64,000 nt of DNA from the NCBI GenBank assembly GCA_028023455.1, contig JAQFVV010000004.1, forward strand, positions 25,482,001-25,546,000, in the 5' to 3' direction. Position numbers and translations under genes: made by a program. This DNA is from Epiperipatus broadwayi (lineage: Eukaryota; Animalia; Onychophora). The notes beneath the pieces were generated by a model. That model was not told where the DNA came from and made no database searches. It was given only the letters and a program-made list of their open reading frames with translations. Position 1 is the first letter of the stretch. The number at the start of each line of letters is the position of its first letter. This document shows, piece after piece, positions 53,600 through 64,000 of this stretch.

Positions 53600-56410
53600 A
53601 TATATATATTTTGATAAAGACTGCACAAAATAGTTTGTTTTATCTGAAAGAAGACAATGTGATTTTTCTATGAGGATTTAAACTATTCTTGTCATTGCAA
53701 ATGTTATTATTGTGTGATTACTCATATAACAAATAAACATGAATCAGACATTCATCCTAACACATCAACCAGCTTGGTAAATCTATTTAATTTTACCTCT
53801 GTGTTTAGATTCAAGAAATATTGTAGAAAATTTTTGTATGGATAAACAAAATTCATTTGATCAGACCCAACATTTTTTCTAAAATTGACATGAAAGACTT
53901 AAATGTAAATTTGGACAAAATATTGAAACATTACAATTTTATGGGTAGATTTGATTATGATTATCAGAATAAGTGATGACAGATTTGTGAATTTGTCAGA
54001 AAGAAGAAAAAGTATAATATGAATTCTTTCTTAAGAAAAATAAATGGAAGCATCCAAAGGAAGATATAGTGGAATTAGTTTATATTCTGATTAAAAGAAA
54101 ATATCTATTACAAGATTAGATGTCCTTAATAAAATTAATATATATAAAATGATCATTGATTGTAAGAGGAAAGAGAGGGAAAAAAATGAAGAAAGTTTCT
54201 ATAAACAGTAGATATTTCTAATATTTAAAAATATTCCAATAAGTTTAAGTTAGAATTTGCAAATTATTTAACATATACCAGATTTTGAAGATGGTTTAGA
54301 TGATAATGAATAGTCTATTAAAACCTATTAAAAAATAGCTGATACAAAAAATCAGAAATTTATTAATAAAGTTTCTATGGAGTGAGTTTTGTAAAGTGTA
54401 TATAATTGTGAATTGGCAAGAAAAACTGCAAAAGAGATTAAAAGTCTCAAAAATTGAAATAACATACAGTTGTTTCTGCAATAAAAAAAATGGAAGTAGT
54501 ATTGAAAAGATAGATCATGTTGATAAAAAATTCTATAGTATAAATAAAGTGAAAAAAAGTATCTTCTATAGTTATTACAGCTTCTGAGTTGTCAAGCATG
54601 AAGAAAGTGCTAGGAAAGATGGAATATTATTAATATCTAAAAAGAATCAAGTGGAGAAATACAAAAGTTGGTAGCAAAATTATATGCCAAATTTTTAAAT
54701 GATAACAATGTATGAGAGGATTGGAAGAATGAAGAAATAATATTGATATTTAAGAAAGGTTTTAAAGAAAATATTAGAAATTACAGACTTAATAGTCTTG
54801 TGTCATTTTTTTATAAAATCTTTACTAAGATAATAACAATTGTCTATAACAAACTTTGGATTCTAACCAACATAAAAACAAACTGAATTTAAAAATGGTC
54901 TTAGCATAGTGACTTAAATTTAAGTATTGAAGGAAGTTAGAAAGATCAATAAATATAATTGCTATTAGGCTTTATATAATGAAATAGCACTTGATTCTCT
55001 AAGCATTACTAGTATCATTAAAGCACTGGATCATTTACATATAAACCCATGATATTCCTCATATTCTTGATTCCATATTTAAAACTTTTTACAGCAAGTT
55101 TATAAGAAGAATTTTGTGGATTAAAATGAGAAGCTAAAATTAAATGGAGATTATTTATGTCATTTAGGTTTTACACTTGATGTAATTCAGAGATGCCAAA
55201 CCTATGACTTATTCTTTGCACGCAACCCAGACTGACTATGAAAATAAAATTAAAAAACTTTGAAAATAAAATTAAAAAACTTATTTAAAGCATTAGATTT
55301 TTTTTTGATTATGCTTAAAGTAATGTGGATAAAATCAACATACAAGTGCTCTCAAATACAATGTCAAATATCCCATTAATTTTATGTTACCATCTTCTTT
55401 TACTTTTATAATAAAAAATTTTTAAAAATATCACTGACACTTTATTGCTTAGATACGTACATTTTTTATATTACTGATTATAAACTTGGGAGCCGATTGA
55501 TGATTTTAAAACATTATCTGATCAAATACAATGACTTGACAGATGTCACAAAAATTATAGATAGACCTTTGTTTTTGCTTATTAGCTTTTGATAATATTT
55601 GTTATTTTGTGTCTTTAATGTGTGGCTCAAAACAAATCTTCTTTATACAATGTGAACCAGAGATGTTTGTGATGTAGTTGTTTTTGAAAAAAAATGCTTC
55701 AAATCTTCAGAAAATGTTGCAATATTTATCGCATGAAAGTAAAAAAAAGTAAGATTGATGATAAATACTTAAGAGACTAAAGTAATCCTCATTGGATTTT
55801 TTCAGACAAAAATAATAAATATTGATAATATTGAATTTTAAAAAAGTTAACAATGATAAAAACCTTGGTTTGAATATTAATGAAAACAAGGGCATAATGG
55901 ATAAAATTAATTAAATAATTAAATTTGGATGAAATGTTTTGGTAGGTAGTAATAACTTAATGTTAAAAGAAAATTTGCCTGTACGTTTGAAAGGTTTTTT
56001 TAATAGGTATGTTCTAATAATTCTAATTATGGATCTGATATTTTGATGCATAATATACTACTCAAAAAGTATGGAGAGGTATATGATAAGAGTAAAAAGA
56101 AATTGAAAGTGAAATACATGGGTGAAAGAGTAAATGGATATCATGACATCATTGCAAAAATTACAAGCTAAAATGAAGTTGGTAGAAAGTCTGAACTGCT
56201 AGTGGAGATAATGGACAGTTAAAGTTTTAAATTGAATTTGAAGAGAACGTAAAAGACAATAGAAGGAGACCACATGTGAGAATGGGTAAAATGGAATGTT
56301 TATTAGTGGGTTATTAAAAAGAGAGGCTAGTAATTAGAAAAATTTGATTAACTCAGAGAGGCTTTCATCCTGAAATGGGCTGATAAAGTTTTAAAATGAT
56401 GAAAAATGAC
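53600..56410 (+). mobile_element. Near full-length, decayed RTE-clade LINE (APE endonuclease + RT + 3' end)
   Basis: Endonuclease remnants MKDLNVNL, MGRFD, MNSFL..KWKHP and NDH. RT motifs IILIFKKGFKENIRNYRL, KLFTASL and NGDYLCHLGFTLDVVVF, followed by NYGSD and MERYMIRV. The 3' end reads EAFILKWADK. Confidence 0.88.
55188..55671. mobile_element. hAT-type MITE with 8-bp TSD inserted in the RTE RT
   Basis: Left end CAGAGATGCCAAAC; right end GTTTGTG (partly deleted inverse); flanked by ATGTAATT (55180-55187) and ATGTAGTT (55672-55679). Confidence 0.65.
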
Positions 56411-58689
56411 ATAAGATAAAACAAAAACTTTATAATTCGAACATATGCTTTGCCTATATTGGTATGATCTACTGAACAGATGGTGCTATTTACAAGAACT
56501 CATAAAAATACTAATCCCATAAGACATAAAATGTATATATTTAAGGAATCAGATTTTTAGGAAGCAAAACAATACAAAATATCTTCCATAATTAAGTAAT
56601 TAATGACAATAAGTATATTCAATAATGGCATTAAAGAACACTATTAAATATAAGTTTTTTTTAAATAATTTATATTTTAGCAAGCAAAACAATATAAAAT
56701 GCAATCTGTACAAAAGTAACTGTTGGCAATAAAAATAATTCGTAACAAATGAAATACAATTATGAGGCCAAATTCATAATAAATATGTCCTGTTTCACAT
56801 TTTGCATTGAAACTAATTTCAAAGTGTTTAATAAAAAATCCATTTTACAAAGTAATTCAATCTTATGTCAATAAATGTATTAAATAAAAGTATGAATATA
56901 ATTTACATTTTAACAAGCAATGTGAAAATAGTAAAACATAAAATTTGTGGCTGCCCATATTTTATGAAATGTATGTTTTTTTAATTATTTTACCCCAAAA
57001 TAAATACATCACACATTTTGATGCTTTAGCATTATTTCACAGGTTTGATGTTTATTAGATCTTGTTCCAGTGATAAATGGAATAAATTTATCATTATTGT
57101 AAAAATATTAAAACTAAATAAGTTAATAACATTAAAAAAGTAATCAGTTCTTCATATTAAAATTAATATTGCTCAATTGTTTATTAATTTTATTCTTACA
57201 GCAGAAATTTCCTTTACTAGAGTTAATTGGTCATTAAAATTATTTCTTTTTTTTTTTTTTTTGCACAAAACATATGTACATTTTACTTATTATTTAGCAT
57301 TTTCCTTCTGTGGTATTATTTAATGGCAAAATGGATCAAAATTCATATAAAAATATTTTAGAATATTACTAATAATATCATACCTGTCACTAACTAATCT
57401 ATATTTTTTGTTTATTTTTAAGAAAAATCTCAGACAGATCCAATATCCTTTTTAAATCTAGGAAAAATACCTCTTAATTATTTTATCATCAAATCAACAC
57501 TTTTATAAAGCTTAGATCTATAACTCTGCTTTAAGAGCAAGTTACTTTATAATAAAACTATGAAAAATTCTGGAATGGAGATTTGGCAGCTGATTCTAAT
57601 ATAATTGTCATGATTCTTTGTGGAATAACAAAGCTTACATTTCTTCTTTATGTAATACTAAACTAACAAAATTCAATAGCATATTAACTCCCATGTTTGG
57701 ATTTCAGATATTAAAAATATATATAAATTTTGTTTTAAATAGCAATTCAATAATCTTATTATTCGAGTGCTCACATTAAAAAACAAATAATAACATAATT
57801 TTTAATTATCTGGTATTGAAATAGTTTTTTAATTATTATTATTAAAATTATTGATTATAACATTGTTGACAATTTATATTTTCAAATCAATTTTGTTTTA
57901 ATAACAACACTGTGAAAGTCGTTGTATGAATAATATTGATTAATGACTAAACTTCGGTGTCAATATAAATTTCTTATTTTTCAATAATAACTAAAATTGA
58001 ATAGGTATTTCTTATTTTTAATTAATAACTAAAACTTTTTATTGATCAACAAAACTATTTTCTTAACATTTTAAATCTAAAATAGAAATATATCTGCAGT
58101 AGAATAAGCATTTTCATTTATATCTTGCATAATTTTTTATTTATATGAAATGTGATTAAAAAATTCAGTTGCATTTTTAGATGAGAATATTATAATATAT
58201 ATATATAAAATCTGTAATTATTCTTTAGAACTAAATTGCTATGCATTTCAAATGAAGAATTGAGTTATGTACTAAAATTTAGGAAGACAGAAAAGATTCC
58301 AGAAAATTGTGTAATTATTATTATTGATATCTTTTTTTAAAAAATTAAGTAAAATATGACAAAAGATATTGACAAAATTATGTAAATGATAAAGAGATAT
58401 TTGACGATTGAAAAAATAAAGTAGTAGTATTGATATTTAAAAAATGTAATAAACAACTATTAGAAATTATACATTTATAAGCTTTCTATTAGTTCTATAT
58501 AAAAAAAATTTACTACATAATTACAAGTTGTCTACAGTGAACATTGAAATAATTTTAGCATACTGAAAGAAATTGTAGAAATGACCAATGAGTATGAGTT
58601 CACATTACACTTGAATTTTAAGATTACTTGATTTTATAAGGATTTTCCTGCTTGTAAAGCTTTGGGTCTTTAATGTAAGATCTAAAATA

Positions 58690-59160
58690 TTGTCATATTC
58701 TGGAATTTTTTTGTTACAATTTAACAGATATCATTAGATTATGTAATGAAATTAAAAAGATTAACATTGATAAAAATACATGACATGACGATGATTCCAT
58801 ATCCAAAATTACTGCAGCTTTACAAAAAGTATTTCATGGATTAAAGTGGAAAACTAAGGGAATAAAATACATGGAGGTTATCTTGATTTTGTAGATGATG
58901 GAATTGTTTTGTAGATAATTTTAGACATATATGTTTTTACATAGAAGTAAAAATGTATGACTAAAGATAAATATTAAAAAGACTAAAGTAATGTTCAGTG
59001 GATTTTTTAAAATAAAAAAAAATTTTAACAACCACAAATTAGAAATTAATAACTGCAAATACCTTGGTTGATTTGTTAATATATATATATAACAACAATA
59101 TTAAAAGGGATTATACCTAAATGTTTAAAAAAGATTTTTTAATGCATATATTTTACAAGT
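58690..59160 (+). mobile_element. RTE-clade LINE RT fragment
   Basis: ITAALQKVFHGLKWKTKGIK, FVDD (58888-58899) and INIKKTKVMF; same subfamily as 53.6-56.4 kb. Confidence 0.75.
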
Positions 59161-59759
59161 TTTTAGTTATTGAAATGGAATCTGAGGTTCAGATTACATT
59201 TCACAGATCTATTCTATCCCTCACCAACAAACTGGATTCAAATCCCAGTACTGCGTATATATACGCACCTATTTGTTTCAATTTTTTTTAAATTTTGTAT
59301 TCAAAATAAACATTAACAAGAGATTTAATAATCTTAAATTAAATAAATTAATAATAATATTTCATATAATTTTAATAGGTTGTATATGTGCATAAATCAC
59401 ATGTATATATTAAAAGTGATGGGGGATTAAGTATAAATTAATATTTAGGTTTGTATATGTTATATGAAAATGTATATTTAAAATTTATGTATTAAAAATA
59501 TGTATGTAATGGCGGGTGGAATAATGCAATTGGCTTGGTAAACCAAAATCAATTAGTATGATTAAATTATAATCTGTATTAGAAAATTAAATAAATTTCA
59601 ATAACAAAACTTATTGTTTGGTAAAATCTATTTCTGAGTCAGAAATAGATTTAGAACAATTGTTTCAAAAATACTAATCTGTTTGCATTGTTTTACACTA
59701 CCTGATTAATAAAGGAGAAATTCCTTACTAAAAAAAGCTGATTGCAATATTATTTTATA

Positions 59760-62340
59760 GCCGCAGGTATTACTACTGAATAGCATTCCTTAGATAAACT
59801 GGAATCATATAAATAGAACCCAAAATTCAATCATCAGAGGAGGGTACGTAGATTTGTAAGGCATCCGCCGAACGAATCTACATCGCTCAAGTTTTTCAAG
59901 AAATATCTTTTCTCCAAAACCCGGCCAACTTAACTCCAGCCAGCCTGCCACTAATGATGAACCTCCGCGAACCTGCTGCTATACAGTGAGAACCAACCGC
60001 GTGATCTGCGACCTGCTTTACGAAGGTAACGCTGTAAAGTGCCGCCTTTATGAATTCAGAACTTTCTCCTGATTAACTCTTAAAATATAAAAATTGAATA
60101 TTAATTATTTGTAACGTTTATAGTCTATTTTATTCTATAACCATTTTGATTAGCCTCGTAATTTATTTCCCTTTTAGTTTAATGCGGCAATTATTTTATT
60201 AATATTTTGTCTAATATATATTTTAAATGCTAAATGATATTCGCCAGTATAGTTATTTTTACCTTAGCTCCTCGTATTAGATAGGAGTGACACTTAATTA
60301 ATTAGCTTGTTTTTTTTTTTAAAACTATAATGCTTGCTAGGTTGGGAGAAGATTTTTCAAAAAAAAAAATGTTTTATTAATTATTATACTTTTGCGCAAA
60401 CAACAGAGGGAGAAATAAATTTCACCTTTGATTAGGTTACGATTTATACAATGTTAATAATCTTTGTAAGAGCACAATATTCATGCAAACAAATATATTA
60501 ACTATATATATTACTTTTTTGTCTTTAATCTGGCCCATCTAAACATATATATAAATATTTTTCGTAAAGCACACACCTTAGACTTAATTGTATATTATAT
60601 GTATGTGGAATTTTATTAAATAAGTGTAATGAAAGGGGGGAGGGAATTTAGAAATTGCGTTGGTATTTAAAAATACTTTTCTAATAATATCTTTAAACTT
60701 CATTTAATAAATATGATCATACCATTATCTTTGATGTTATTATTATAGGTTGTAAGCTTAATTATAGATATTTGACTAGTTATTAGTCTGTCCCAAAGCG
60801 TTGTTAGCATAGGCCACACTCGTGTTATTAAGCTTTATCTAGAGATGTGCATCGGAATCCTCGAGTCGTCTCATTTTCGTTCCAGGTCATAAACAGGGCG
60901 ATGAATGTCCCTGGACCATATATATGTTCACGTAGCAATGCATGGAAAAATTTCGGCAAAGTTCGGCCCATTGCAATCCCGTTGTCAACCGATTCCACAA
61001 AATGTGGGGTGGCAAGTCGGCTAGACTGTTTTCTTTTATATATGATAAAGCACCTCAAAAATTTGGATCCGCAAATATTCGGCCATTATGCTAACACCGC
61101 GACATTTTATATTAGACCCTTCTTTTCAAAAAGCTCAGGCCTATAAATATCTGTATCTAATGTTATGTTCTAATTAAACGTATCTCATAAATTAAATAAC
61201 TTCTGATGTGTTGCTTGATGACTCTATATATATAATTTAGAGAAATAATTCCACATTCGTTCAGTAAATAAATCTTTATTAAAAATTATATTTTCTTATA
61301 TATATTAAACTTATGATAGCTTGGTCGGTTAATTAACCGACAATTATGTAACCCATTCTGGGATCAGTCAAGATGGTGTTTTTGCTTGTAATTCGGGCAA
61401 ATCATTATAAATTGTATACTTTATAAATGCGCTAGATTAATTGAAATGTCATTACCCCGCATCAAATTTCTCCAAACTTATTTGTAAATACTTTTGCTCA
61501 AGTGCAAGTAAGCACAAAATAACTTATTTGTAATGTCATGATTGGTGGAATGATGTAATATCCCACTAAAGTTAAGCATAAGTGTTTGTCTGTTTTAAAA
61601 TGTATATACGCATTTGTCTTGATTTTCCCCTGAGTCTTTTTGCTTCTCCGATGTGCGATGTCGGCCGGTGGTAAATTAAATACTCTAATATCATCGGATT
61701 TGTTGCTCATAAGCTAGTAGATCTGAAATCTGGGCATATGGGGCAGAGTTTATGATTGTTCCTGACATATGTATCTCACACATGATTGGACTTGAGGTAC
61801 TTTTGCCTAGATGCTAGGTCTTGTTATGTGGACAGACAATTCCTACTGGTGCATTATGGATGTGAGATTTGGATAATTAACACTAAGAGGAATATAGAGA
61901 GTTCAGAATACTCAATGAAGTATATACATATTGTAACAGAATTAAAGGAGTCGCTCACAGATCCAGTGTAACAAAATTAAAGATGTTTCAAATAACTAGT
62001 GTAACAAAATTAACTACTACCATATCTGAGTAGTCTACAATATATAAGATCATAATATTTAAAATAATGTTGGATTTCTCAATATCCAAATATCAAGAAT
62101 TATAAGCAAATTATTAATAACTCAGGTATATGAAATCATGTTGAGGTGAGTCCACTAGCAATTCAATAAAATATAACTCAGGTATACAGACAGTAGATCT
62201 TCTCCACTTTCATTTCTTGGTTTGATGTTAAGTGCATGTTTAAACAAATACTAAGTGAATATGGTCTAGCAGGCGCCACTAGATTATCTGAATCTAGACA
62301 CAGTTATATCTAATAACCTTTCACATGTACCGGGTTTGAA
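59760..62340. promoter_or_regulatory. CpG-retaining region, candidate unmethylated promoter or first-exon zone
   Basis: CpG dinucleotides are dense at 59760-60070, 60790-61100 and 61320-61700, whereas they are rare in most of the window. No TSS evidence is available. Confidence 0.45.
61830..61965 (+). mobile_element. Short RTE-like LINE fragment
   Basis: LLVHYGCEIW resembles the LLYGCETW motif. Confidence 0.5.
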
Positions 62341-62539
62341 TCCCCTTTTTGGTACTTTATTTCTAATAAAAATGGGAGATTTTGCTTTTTGAGCCATATC
62401 ACTATACGCCCTAATATTTAGGTAAAAGTAAAACATCTTTAAACCACAGTGGAGGTCATTAGACATAAATCATTTCTCAGATCTTAACATAACAAATGTG
62501 TTTCAATATTTTTATAAGTTTACTAGCTCAGATTATATA

Positions 62540-62712
62540 TAACTAATTTAGGATGGCAATTCACTCATCCTTGCATGAAATAGATGATGGGATGTGGTTA
62601 TAATAATACTAAGAGATCACTAAATCTTATGAAATTAATATTTATTTAGGGCCTTTAAACAGTTAAACAGCTCATTAATTAAAACGTTGATGACGATGAT
62701 GATAATAATGAT
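62540..62712 (+). mobile_element. Decayed RTE 3' end with (GAT)n-like tail
   Basis: AGGGCCTTTAAACAG...GTTGATGACGATGATGAT resembles the EAFxxQW...stop+(GAT)n ends at 2320-2409. Confidence 0.45.
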
Positions 62713-64000
62713 AGATAATAACAATGGTTTCAACCACAGCTTTAGGACTAAGCCTAAACATAAAATTTAATTTTTATAAAGAAATTCATAATTATTGTTA
62801 ATCTTAGCACTTTTAATCATATCTTAAACAACTAATATTTAACCATTGATGATGATGAATTATCACACTTAACAAAGACTACACTTAATGAAATATGTAC
62901 GCCTCATTTAATAAAACAAACTAATATTTATTACTGCATTTCTAACATATACATAAAAATTTCTAGATAAACATGAAAATTGACATGAATAATAATAATG
63001 ATAATAATTGATTATATAACAATCCTCAGATTAATTTCAAGTTCTTCCCCCTTTCCCTTCAAATGTATATTGTATTAAGTTGGATGTCACATTGACCATG
63101 ATGTTCACTCCATGAGAAAAGTATTCCAAGAAAAAAATATTATCTGCTCATTAGCACACATACTTTATAAATCTAACATGTATGTAGAATGTTAAAAAAA
63201 AAATGTTAATAGAATTGAAAGAGCAAGTTTTAGAAACAAGTTTTAAATTATTTTCTCCCCCTCTCTTCTACCTCTGAAATGCTATACTTAACTTGAAACA
63301 AAATAATCGAATATTCTAATACTACTTGTTACTTCACATTCACTCGCAATTATACACATATAAAAATATTATTATGTATGTGCGTGTTTTATCCCATAAT
63401 AACAAAATATTATTTAAAACCAAAATAATAATAATATATTAGTTAAAACTAAAATCATAATACCATAAAAAAAAATTGTTTTACACATTAATATTTTTTC
63501 ATAACTGTAAAATTAATAAACAAATAATTTTGATACATTCAAGATCATTTATGGAGCTCAAAGTTATTATTAGTAAGACATTCTTGTTTTTAATCGATCT
63601 GAATAGTCTTTAAAAGTTCTTTAAATAAAATATACCACTTTATTGCTAAAATGTTTATTAAGACTCTGATATCATAAAAAAAATAGATATAAAAAGTCAT
63701 ATTACTGATCTTTTGTTTGTGGCGAATTTCCAAGGGTTCAAACTTGTCTTGTATAATGTCTATACTTCTGCAGCTACCATTTCCGTTTTATGTGGGAACA
63801 ATCTCTTTCTTGAGGTGTATAACTATTTGATGATGATGACTCTATTGAGGTTATTTGCTTTAGTGGACAATTTGGAAATCATTATATTAATTTTTCTTCT
63901 CTTCCTGTCAAGCATGATTCTTTTAGTGGATGAAATACAGCGGTTGTTTTCACATTTATAAATTTTCTTGAGTTTAAAATCAGTTGTTGTAACAATTAAT

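Noticed and set aside
3993-63961. The short ORFs of the supplied track as host genes
   Set aside because: All are under 100 aa and most have I/K/F/L/N-rich composition typical of chance ORFs in AT-rich DNA. The recognisable ones are TE fragments.
63713-64000. 82-aa hydrophobic ORF, or a minus-strand YKCENNRCIS LDL-A-like motif
   Set aside because: The LDL-A cysteine/acidic pattern is incomplete. The minus frame is broken by stops and looks like a LINE ORF2 linker remnant (SLNPWKF).

Overview
Very AT-rich (roughly one quarter G+C by eye), CpG-depleted eukaryotic DNA, most likely an invertebrate animal; the taxon cannot be fixed from this window. I could not support any intact host gene: the ORF track holds only short (60-99 aa) ORFs, and those I can recognise are fragments of decayed transposable elements. 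The window is a layered TE graveyard. It contains two internally deleted Ty3/Gypsy elements with both LTRs (32.1-33.9 kb minus, 37.1-41.4 kb plus), further Gypsy relics, several RTE-clade LINE copies (one near full length at 53.6-56.4 kb), and two Penelope-like (GIY-YIG) relics. It also has a tRNA-Val(UAC)-derived mini-SINE (2 copies), a second tRNA-like SINE segment, palindromic and foldback non-autonomous DNA elements (one nested in another), and a hAT-type MITE. The most interesting signal is a CpG-decayed minimal type I hammerhead ribozyme (15321-15366, minus). A homologous copy at 26.6 kb is joined to a tRNA-like segment, and both copies sit inside unrelated ~93% identical inverted repeats. 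A few CpG-retaining patches (strongest at 59.8-62.3 kb) may be unmethylated promoter regions. All alignments and translations were done by eye, and boundaries of decayed elements are approximate.
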